Below are positions 36,097 to 43,035 of a stretch of 43,035 nucleotides of DNA, piece after piece (the stretch's first letter is position 1; every line of letters begins with the position of its first letter). This DNA comes from a virus (Duplodnaviria; Caudoviricetes), in IMG/VR virus record IMGVR_UViG_3300005573_000657, positions 1 through 43,035 of that record; one strand, given 5' to 3'. The position numbers were made by a program, and so were the translations under genes. A model generated the notes under the pieces. That model made no database searches. It had not been told where the DNA came from and saw only the letters and a list, made by a program, of their open reading frames with translations.

Positions 36097-38517
36097 ATGT
36101 CTTACGTAAAACCTACTACATTAGTCTACCAGGAGTTACAAACTTCTGGAGGCTCAAATCCAGTCACCCCTGACCTTTCTACGGTTATCGTGGGACCGGC
36201 ATATAACATTCTTCAATACATTGCAGGAAGTACATCTTCTTTGGTACAGACCGCTGCTCTAGGAACTCTCACCACTACTGGCACTATTGCTGCCAACTCT
36301 ACTGCCTTAACTGTTGCTTCAACAGCCGGTTTTGGGGTGGGCGAGGTTGTTCTAGTTGCTGGAGCCGGTGCTTCAGGAGCGACCCTACAAGCAACTATCC
36401 TCAATATCACAGGTAATGTGATGACCTTGAACTCTGCAGCTTCAGTTGCTGTGACTTCTGCTAATGTCATCGCCTCCGGTGTCATTGCGACAAATCTTGT
36501 TGCAACAACCCTATCTCTCCCAGGTCAACTTCCCGGTCAGCTCGTAGATCCCACCAGCATTCAAGTTTGGCTCAACAACGCTGTCGTCCAAACAATGGCG
36601 ACTGGTGTAAATGGTCTTCCGGGCAGCAATGCTCTGACAGTGGCTACTACAACGACTACGGCTACTACTACCGCTTCGAGCGCAGTAGTGACTGTGGCTT
36701 CGTCTGCTGGCTTAGTGGTTGGTGATCTTATTACAATCGCTGGTGCTGGAGTTGGTGGTGCTCTACTGACCTCAACAATTTCGCAGGTCACCTCCCTGAC
36801 TTCGATTACTCTCGCAACTACTGCTACGACTGCAGTAACGACTGCTGCTCTGACTAAGCTTCTGCCCCCAAACATCAACACTCTGACGAACACTCTAAAT
36901 GCTGTTGCTGGTGCAAATGCTACGATTGCATACACGAATGCTAGCTCTGTTAATAAGACGTTTACTACAACCCTCCTGACGGTCACTACGACTAGCGGAT
37001 TGAATGGTAATGTCTCTGCCCTGACTACAGCAGATGTGTTGCCTGCGGACTTTGTAACCTTCGGCGGACTTACTGTCGAACAGACTTATAACAACCAACT
37101 CCTGCCTATCACTGATCCTGTCAATGGTTCTTCTACCTACTTAACAGCTACGGTTGGAACTACAGGAGATATTACAATCAACCCAGATATCCACTTGGCT
37201 TATGGTCTAGTTCTGTCTGCGAGTGTGAATATTGCCTACCGTGCCCTACGTCAAGATATTTCCAACGAACTCTTGACTTTCAACAGTATTTCTGACGTGG
37301 AAGGTTTGCTTGGAGTTATCTCTGAGGCTAACCCCTTAGCGCTGGCTCTACAAACTGCCCTTTCTAACACCACTAGCTCTGTCTACGGTATGGCCGTAGC
37401 ATCTGATGACTTAATTGGTCACGAAGCAGCTCTGTCTGCCCTTGAAAACCAAAATGTCTATGCGATTGTTCCTCTGACTCAAGACATTGCGATTCTGGGT
37501 GCTTATCAAGCGCACGTTGATCAAATGTCCTTGCCGACTTCCTACTCTTGGAGAGTCTTACTTGCCAACACTGCGCTTCCCTTAGTGCAAGATATTGGTT
37601 CATACTCTGCCACGAATGTCAACGCCAATGCTGGTAACAACACGATTTCTCTGGTAAGTGGAAAGTATGTCTTGACTGCTTCCAATGCAACCTTCATCTC
37701 TGATGGTGTGAATCCTGGCGATTCAGTAGTTATCACTTCGGTTTCTTCGGGAACGACTGGTACTTTCCAAGTTCAGAATCTGATTTCTAACCAACAAATT
37801 GTGATCAACGCTACAGCGGCTGCTGCTGCGGTGAGCTACTACATTACTCGTAACCTGACTACAACTCAGATTGCTAATGATGTTGCTGCTCAAGCTCAAA
37901 CCTTCGGTGATAACCGAGTGTGGTATGTGCAGCCAGATATGTGTGGTGTTCCGGTTGGTGGTGTTACTGTTAATGTGCCAGGGTATTACCTCTGTGCGGC
38001 TCTTGGCGGTGCTGTTGCTGGACAACCTGTTCAACAAGGCTTTACTAACCTGGGTCTTGCTGGTATCTCTACTCTGTATCACAGCAACTTCTTCTTCAAG
38101 AAAGAGGACCTTAACACAATGGCTGCGTCAGGTGTCTGCTTGGTTGTTCAAAAGACCCAAACAAGTACTCCTTATGTCCGACATGCTTTGACAACCAATG
38201 TTACTACTCTGCAATACAGAGAGCAGTTGATTGTTAAGAACTGGGATTACCTGTCGTACTACTATCATGAAATCATGGATGCCTTTATCGGTAAATGGAA
38301 CATTACTCCAGACACCTTAAACATCCTGCAGCAAACAGTTGTTTCGGCTTCTGAGTACCTTAAGACACAGAAGTTACCACGAATTGGTTCTCCACTTCTG
38401 GGATATAGCAATTTGTCAGTAGTGCAAGAGGCAACGGCACAAGATAGAGTTATGACTTCAATGCAGATCTCCATCGTTGATCCGTTAAACTATATGGATT
38501 TCTACCTTATTATCTAA
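36097..38517 (+). CDS. Contractile tail sheath protein with N-terminal beta-rich insertions
   Basis: N-terminal Y.KP...VYQE, C-terminal sheath-like VPGYY..AA..G, GFTN, VRHALTT, PLNYMDFYLII; followed by a tube-sized gene. Confidence 0.8.
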   Translation: MSYVKPTTLVYQELQTSGGSNPVTPDLSTVIVGPAYNILQYIAGSTSSLVQTAALGTLTTTGTIAANSTALTVASTAGFGVGEVVLVAGAGASGATLQATILNITGNVMTLNSAASVAVTSANVIASGVIATNLVATTLSLPGQLPGQLVDPTSIQVWLNNAVVQTMATGVNGLPGSNALTVATTTTTATTTASSAVVTVASSAGLVVGDLITIAGAGVGGALLTSTISQVTSLTSITLATTATTAVTTAALTKLLPPNINTLTNTLNAVAGANATIAYTNASSVNKTFTTTLLTVTTTSGLNGNVSALTTADVLPADFVTFGGLTVEQTYNNQLLPITDPVNGSSTYLTATVGTTGDITINPDIHLAYGLVLSASVNIAYRALRQDISNELLTFNSISDVEGLLGVISEANPLALALQTALSNTTSSVYGMAVASDDLIGHEAALSALENQNVYAIVPLTQDIAILGAYQAHVDQMSLPTSYSWRVLLANTALPLVQDIGSYSATNVNANAGNNTISLVSGKYVLTASNATFISDGVNPGDSVVITSVSSGTTGTFQVQNLISNQQIVINATAAAAAVSYYITRNLTTTQIANDVAAQAQTFGDNRVWYVQPDMCGVPVGGVTVNVPGYYLCAALGGAVAGQPVQQGFTNLGLAGISTLYHSNFFFKKEDLNTMAASGVCLVVQKTQTSTPYVRHALTTNVTTLQYREQLIVKNWDYLSYYYHEIMDAFIGKWNITPDTLNILQQTVVSASEYLKTQKLPRIGSPLLGYSNLSVVQEATAQDRVMTSMQISIVDPLNYMDFYLII

Positions 38518-38525
38518 TCTAACAA

Positions 38526-39209
38526 ATGGCTACAATTAACCCGCAACAAGACGTTCTAGGTACCCTTCAAAATTCCGGTTTCTCAACAAACTGGGATTGG
38601 AAGGGGATGTATGTAGAGTCACTGAATGGTGACGGCTATGAACGCTTCTCGCAGTATTCTGCGACTCCTGATACAACTGCCCTTTTTGGTGGTCCTGCTC
38701 GATTTACGGCTCTTGGCGGGTCGCCTACCGCTTTGACTCCTATAGGTCTGTCAGACAACATTCAGTTGGCATCTAACCCACAACTTGCTCAACTGTTTGA
38801 AATTGGATCTAATCGTTCTTTCTTTACAAGAGGCAAGACGACAAACACCTTGACGTTCTCACGGATGCTAGCTAACCAAAGTAACATTCTGAGCGTTTTG
38901 ACTCAATCAGCATATCACCTGAGCCCAGGTAATTCTGATGGAGCTGCTGCTCCTGGTGCTGCTTCTCCGAATCCGAATGTCATGCTTAATTTGGACTCGG
39001 AGTATTTTGCAGTTCCGTTCGGTCTGATGATTCTGATGAAGACTCGTGGTGGTGGTGCTTCTGGTAATGGTTCAGTCTTGGCTGCGGTATATTGCGAGTC
39101 TTGCATGTTCCAAAACTACCAATTCACAGTGGCTAACTCCTCACCTGTAATCCAAGAAGGTTTACAGATTATCTTTGACCGAGTAGTTCCAGTGGCTATG
39201 GGTTCCTAA
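38526..39209 (+). CDS. Putative tail tube protein
   Basis: Follows the sheath; QLFEIGSNRSFF motif, beta-rich. Confidence 0.7.
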   Translation: MATINPQQDVLGTLQNSGFSTNWDWKGMYVESLNGDGYERFSQYSATPDTTALFGGPARFTALGGSPTALTPIGLSDNIQLASNPQLAQLFEIGSNRSFFTRGKTTNTLTFSRMLANQSNILSVLTQSAYHLSPGNSDGAAAPGAASPNPNVMLNLDSEYFAVPFGLMILMKTRGGGASGNGSVLAAVYCESCMFQNYQFTVANSSPVIQEGLQIIFDRVVPVAMGS

Positions 39210-39232
39210 AAAAAGGGATTAGAGGTAAACTA

Positions 39233-39256
39233 AGGGGGCTCATGGCTCCCTTTTTT
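39233..39256 (+). terminator. Hairpin/terminator after the tube gene
   Basis: AGGGGGCT-cat-GGCTCCCT followed by a T run. Confidence 0.6.
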
Positions 39257-40357
39257 ATGTTCCATTCTCCTAAACTTAAAGACCTCGAAGACGGTCTTGT
39301 AACGTCCGTTGATTCTGATCGTAGTGTTTGCTCTGTACACACTGTTAGTGGGCGCGTATACACTGGTGTACGCTGGCTTGTACCTATCGGAATGGATGAT
39401 GCAACCCCTCACGTTGATGATGCGGTCTTAATTCACTCAGGTATGGGTTACCCCCTTATCCTTGGCAAAAAGCCTAAGGTTGAGCCTTCCTACCTTCCAC
39501 AGGCCAATACAGGAGCAGGAGGTACTGCTCTGCCGAGTTTTAGTAACACCGCAATGGTCGGTGTTTCAGCTAATGCAAACCAAACACAAGGCTTTTTACA
39601 AAAAGACAGATTCTGGAGAATTGGAACTAGTGTTTTGGGAATGCTCAGAACAGGTTCAATTCTTTTAAAGGCCCATAGCCTAGCTCAGATTGTTATCTCA
39701 AAGTTAGACCAAAGTATTCGCATTGTTTCTAGAAGCTATGAGCGTTTCTCAGATTGGGGTGATGAAGTTGTATCAAACTACTCTGGAAGACTCTATAGAT
39801 ATATTGGGTTTAACACAAACTTCCAACAAGCTAAAAATAGTGCATACCTGTATGACCAGATTGAAGGAGATGTTGCAGCAGGAGAATTTGCTACAACAGA
39901 TCCATTCAACACTACAGGTGCTGCACCAGCGACAACTACAGAGATTCGTAAGAAGCGCTTGAAAGATCTGCAAGGGAACTATATTATGTTAGAGACCCTT
40001 GCTACGGATGGGTCTCTCACCTTGAACATCACTGCTCCAAATGGGGGAACTCAGAACAGCGTTGTAACACAAACAAATAACGAGGTTTCAAGCGTTGTAC
40101 AAACTACTGCGACCTCAGGTGAAAGCAGAATTACTCAACAGGATGCACAATGGGAAGTCTATATTCAGGGCGTTACTATCGTCGTTACACCAAACTCTAT
40201 TACAAGCACCGTGGGAGGCTCAGTTATTACTCAAACTCCGACAGCTATTACAGGGACGATTGGGGCTACAGAATTGAATTTAACTGGAACCCAAGGTGTG
40301 CTTTCTAGCAACGGACATGCCGTTGCCGTGACTTCCTCAGGAATAGCTTTGACTTAA
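39257..40357 (+). CDS. Putative baseplate spike/hub (gpV/gp5-like)
   Basis: OB-fold-like N-terminus (G.VTSVD...CSV...P..DDAV...P.ILG) and C-terminal short beta-strand repeats; ATG 39257 lies after the hairpin (track start 39242). Confidence 0.55.
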   Translation: MFHSPKLKDLEDGLVTSVDSDRSVCSVHTVSGRVYTGVRWLVPIGMDDATPHVDDAVLIHSGMGYPLILGKKPKVEPSYLPQANTGAGGTALPSFSNTAMVGVSANANQTQGFLQKDRFWRIGTSVLGMLRTGSILLKAHSLAQIVISKLDQSIRIVSRSYERFSDWGDEVVSNYSGRLYRYIGFNTNFQQAKNSAYLYDQIEGDVAAGEFATTDPFNTTGAAPATTTEIRKKRLKDLQGNYIMLETLATDGSLTLNITAPNGGTQNSVVTQTNNEVSSVVQTTATSGESRITQQDAQWEVYIQGVTIVVTPNSITSTVGGSVITQTPTAITGTIGATELNLTGTQGVLSSNGHAVAVTSSGIALT

Positions 40358-41011
40358 CTCAAGACATTTCTGACACGCATTAAGGTCTAGCAAGTTGGTT
40401 TCAGGGTTTCTAACCCCTGTCTCCATGTCTATCCAGAAGTTTCGATTTCCAATAATCTCCGTGATTTGCTTAAGGTTTTGTTCGATATTATCTGGATTGA
40501 TTCCTCCGGCATACCCACAATAAACCTCTGGAAAAGGCTTAGGCCAAGATTTTTGAGGAACTCCTTCATCGAAGAGGATAGAGTAGTTATTTAGCCCTGC
40601 AAAGTGATGCCACAAGTTCTCAGTCAGAGTGTTGTGCTGGGTAATGAATCCGACGTTTGGAAATTTGTCAAAAACTTCTCGTAGAGCACCGAGATCTATT
40701 TCAGAGAAGTTTAGTTGTACCCTGCCTCGGCGCTTAGACATGAGGTTGAGAAGAATAGTCTCTGTAACTTCCCCTTTCAAAAGGTTCTCAACGCTCCTAC
40801 CACAGAAATGAAGAGAGCAGTTCACATTAGAAGGTAGGTCCGTCAATGCTGTTGTAATGAACTCAAAAGAAGGATAGCGTGGATTTTCCTTCCCAGCATG
40901 TGACCAAAGAAAACCCCACTCTGCAGCAACGAACACTGAAGAAATATCCTCAATGTCTTTAAGAGAGGTTTGTTCATCTACTCCGGTAAAAGTGCAATAA
41001 TCTAGTCTCAT
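40337..41011 (-). CDS. Phosphoribosylanthranilate-isomerase-like TIM-barrel protein
   Basis: TFTGVD, EWGFL, RVQLN, GYAGGINPDN, WIDMETGVR. Confidence 0.75.
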   Translation of the reverse strand: MRLDYCTFTGVDEQTSLKDIEDISSVFVAAEWGFLWSHAGKENPRYPSFEFITTALTDLPSNVNCSLHFCGRSVENLLKGEVTETILLNLMSKRRGRVQLNFSEIDLGALREVFDKFPNVGFITQHNTLTENLWHHFAGLNNYSILFDEGVPQKSWPKPFPEVYCGYAGGINPDNIEQNLKQITEIIGNRNFWIDMETGVRNPETNLLDLNACQKCLELSQSYS

Positions 41012-41027
41012 ATTTTTTCCTAGAGGT

Positions 41028-41053
41028 AAAAAAGAACCCAGCTTTCGCTGGGG
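41028..41053 (-). terminator. Intrinsic terminator after the RT
   Basis: Minus strand CCCAGC-GAAA-GCTGGG-TTCTTTTTT. Confidence 0.8.
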
Positions 41054-41062
41054 TGTAAATCA

Positions 41063-42040
41063 TTAACCTGTTACAACTGCTTCAATTGGTTGGATTTGCG
41101 TTTCTTCATGAGTTGTTCCTGTACTGAGGGTAGATTGCCAAGTCTCCCATAGTCGTTGACCATGGACAGCATTGAGTTGTTTAAACCAATTCAGTCTGCC
41201 AGTAATTTCCCTTCGAAATTCTTCTGGTGACTTATTATTTTTGGAAGCTTCCGCCTCTAACCCATTTCGAGATACATTGTGAACAATGGCTCGAAGTCTT
41301 TTCCGTTCCTTCACAAGAAGGTTGGACTTTTCATTTACAACGACACCACACACCCATTGGCGTGTCTTACGAGTCATGATTTTCGTTTTCTTGGTGTTGA
41401 TGTAAAAGCCATACTTTTGAAGAGTTGTTGCAACAAACATCTTTACTTCCTCGATGTTTGGGATTGTATCACTTGAGATAGTGATGTCATCCGCATAGAT
41501 CGTAACAGTAAGTCCTTTTGCTTTGCAATACTCAACAATTTCTGGACCGAAGGAAAGAGTCGCAATAATGTTGCTAACCTTCGGACTAGTTAGAGCGCCT
41601 TGAGGAACGAAGTACGTGTAGGTACAAAGTTCGGACACGGTTTTTGCGGGGGCTACACCCATCCCCTCTGAAATCAAAACATCATAAAGATTTTGAACAC
41701 GAATACTTGGAAAGAAATTCTTAATATCGAAACTTAGAACAACTCTTTTACCAACATGATGTTGGACCATCTGTGGGATTGATTTTCCCGTTTCGAACGC
41801 ATAGCATTCAGGAAGCACGGGATACTTTTCCCAGATATTCTTCAGGAGTTTGTATTGAACACGGCGTAGTGCTTTGCTTGGATCAAAGATCTCTCTAAAC
41901 TCTCCTGGGCGTTTCTTGGGAATTTTGTACTTCTTGTAATTGCTGTACGTGTTAAAGCTGAGATAGGTAAGATACGAAGCACTCAGGTTTCCCAAAGATT
42001 TTGCTAGATCACTATTTGTTTGAATGTTTGGAAATAGCAT
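41063..42040 (-). CDS. Retron-like reverse transcriptase
   Basis: IPKK.PG..R.I..P, DIKNFFPSI, PQGALTSP, YADD, KKTK, VCGVVVN (VTG-like), retron-like thumb GRLNW; no maturase or Cas1 domain. Confidence 0.93.
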   Translation of the reverse strand: MLFPNIQTNSDLAKSLGNLSASYLTYLSFNTYSNYKKYKIPKKRPGEFREIFDPSKALRRVQYKLLKNIWEKYPVLPECYAFETGKSIPQMVQHHVGKRVVLSFDIKNFFPSIRVQNLYDVLISEGMGVAPAKTVSELCTYTYFVPQGALTSPKVSNIIATLSFGPEIVEYCKAKGLTVTIYADDITISSDTIPNIEEVKMFVATTLQKYGFYINTKKTKIMTRKTRQWVCGVVVNEKSNLLVKERKRLRAIVHNVSRNGLEAEASKNNKSPEEFRREITGRLNWFKQLNAVHGQRLWETWQSTLSTGTTHEETQIQPIEAVVTG

Positions 42041-42042
42041 GA

Positions 42043-42414
42043 TTATTCCTCATACTCAACAGTTTTCCACATGATGTCTACCATGTTAGTGATTTCTGCT
42101 TCTTCTTGTGCTTCTACTGCTTGGACCTCCGGGGGCTGTTCTTTCGGTATCGTGGTTAAACGACTGGCCGCTAAAAATTTTCCCTTGATGAGGTCTGCCT
42201 TTGTGAGCCTGTAGACTTTTTTCTTCAGAAACACAAACCCATCTGTAAGCACAGGTGGGGCTAGCTCAAAGATAATTTGAGGCCCTTTTTCTACTACCTT
42301 GATTCTGTAATAGTCCAGAGTTCCATCATCGTTGATGCTGGCAAACCTATCTCGTTCATACTCTAGAGACGTAATCGTTCTCTTAAACTGTGGATGCGTT
42401 ACTTGCTCGCTCAT
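42043..42414 (-). CDS. Hypothetical protein translationally coupled to the RT (candidate partner)
   Basis: Stop is 2 nt from the RT ATG; its 3' end supplies the RT SD (GAGGA). Confidence 0.75.
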   Translation of the reverse strand: MSEQVTHPQFKRTITSLEYERDRFASINDDGTLDYYRIKVVEKGPQIIFELAPPVLTDGFVFLKKKVYRLTKADLIKGKFLAASRLTTIPKEQPPEVQAVEAQEEAEITNMVDIMWKTVEYEE

Positions 42415-42523
42415 TCTCGTTTAACACTCTGTTAACGGTACGAACGAGTAAAAGCATTTGCGAAAAGACTGATTCAACTTGGACTAAAAATTTCTTAATA
42501 CATGCGAGAAAGTTAGCAAACAT
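42383..42523 (-). CDS. Small ORF (46 aa, MFANFLACIKKFLVQVESVFSQMLLLVRTVNRVLNENERASNASTV); not in the ORF track
   Basis: GGAGA SD; overlaps the 123-aa ORF. Confidence 0.5.
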   Translation of the reverse strand: MFANFLACIKKFLVQVESVFSQMLLLVRTVNRVLNENERASNASTV

Positions 42524-42539
42524 TGTGGGATTTCTCCAG

Positions 42540-42716
42540 ATTTTGTTTTTATTATAGAGGAGAACAGAGAGAATAAATCAGTCAATTCGACAGCTTCTAC
42601 TGTTCTTCTAGTAGTCCAGCATGGATTATTCCATGCTTTCAGTTTATAAAAAGGAAGTGGTTGGGGTTTACCCTGTGTTCTAGGAGAACACTTTCAGTGT
42701 GGAAGTCTCCACTGAA
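42540..42716 (-). ncRNA. Candidate structured RNA of the RT operon (msr/msd-like leader)
   Basis: Hairpins at 42693-42716, 42675-42691, 42618-42637 and 42597-42614, directly downstream of a promoter motif; no ORF of >=60 aa in the track. Confidence 0.5.
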
Positions 42717-42719
42717 TTT

Positions 42720-42728
42720 CTTATACCA
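42720..42728 (-). promoter_or_regulatory. TGGTATAAG promoter-like motif of the RT operon
   Basis: Exact motif. Confidence 0.7.
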
Positions 42729-42752
42729 GAACTTTGGAAAACTTCTAGGGGG

Positions 42753-42813
42753 ACTAAGAAGCCCGCTGTTGGGTTTCTACCTCTGCCCCAGCTTCCCACT
42801 ACGTTAGCCCCTT
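42753..42813 (-). repeat. Degenerate tandem copy of the repeat core
   Basis: Aligns with 42872-42943 (AAGCCCGCT.TTGGG.TTTCTACC...CTACGTTAGCCCCTT) but lacks a 10-nt block. Confidence 0.9.
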
Positions 42814-42887
42814 CTTCCTCAGCTTTCAGTAACCATAGGGAAAGCTAGCCATAGGAATGCCTCTAAAACCCACTAGGAAGCCCGCTA

Positions 42888-43034
42888 TTGGGTTTTCTAC
42901 CCCTACCCTAGGCAACCCTAGCTCCCCCCTACGTTAGCCCCTTAGAAGGGCTGTAATCTTTTGACAACCAAGGATTTCTGAAAAACCTAATTTTTCTGAT
43001 ACTACTTGTCATGCCTTAAGTTGTTGATTTTATT
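42888..43034 (-). repeat. Right copy of window-terminal inverted repeat
   Basis: 144/147 identity to 2-148 in reverse complement. Confidence 0.97.
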
Positions 43035-43035
43035 G

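Noticed and set aside
41063-42040. DGR or group II intron RT
   Set aside because: I saw no TR/VR pair differing at adenines and no maturase/endonuclease domain; the motifs are retron-like.
42597-42716. Hammerhead ribozyme in the RT leader
   Set aside because: CUGAAAG does not fit the CUGAnGA core, and no correctly placed GAAA/UH was found.
42753-43035. CRISPR array
   Set aside because: Only two long degenerate units, no constant 25-45 bp repeat with regular spacers, and no cas genes.
1-43035. tRNA/rRNA genes or alternative genetic code
   Set aside because: No cloverleaf or rRNA-like segment noticed by eye (tRNAscan-SE not run); long ORFs are intact under the standard code.

Overview
The window is a 43-kb segment of a large contractile-tailed (myovirus-like) dsDNA phage. 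It is bounded exactly by a ~147-bp imperfect inverted repeat (2-148 vs 42888-43034). The + strand carries a virion/late block: putative portal, a divergent multisubunit RNA polymerase split into three ORFs (beta fused to the beta' N-terminus, beta' catalytic part with ADFDGD, beta' C-terminal part), many KxA-motif head proteins, prohead protease, scaffold, decoration protein, major capsid, an SF2 helicase, neck proteins, tail sheath, tube and a spike-like protein. Interspersed, mostly minus-strand islands carry accessory genes: lytic transglycosylase, SNF2 helicase, Thg1-like 3'-5' polymerase, secreted Gly/Ser-rich proteins, small membrane proteins and a PRAI-like TIM barrel. A tnpB-only IS200/IS605 element is also present. 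Two promoter-like motifs partition the genes: TGGTATAAG(w)A before accessory genes, and TAAAAT before structural genes, often 6-7 nt before the start codon. The best candidate for a novel system is at the right end: promoter, ~180-nt hairpin-rich non-coding leader, two small unknown ORFs, a retron-like reverse transcriptase with altered NAxxH/VTG motifs, and a terminator, with tandem imperfect repeats just upstream. I recognised no terminase, DNA polymerase, tape measure or tail fibre genes, so this is probably part of a larger genome. All protein calls come from motif recognition by eye; no searches were run.
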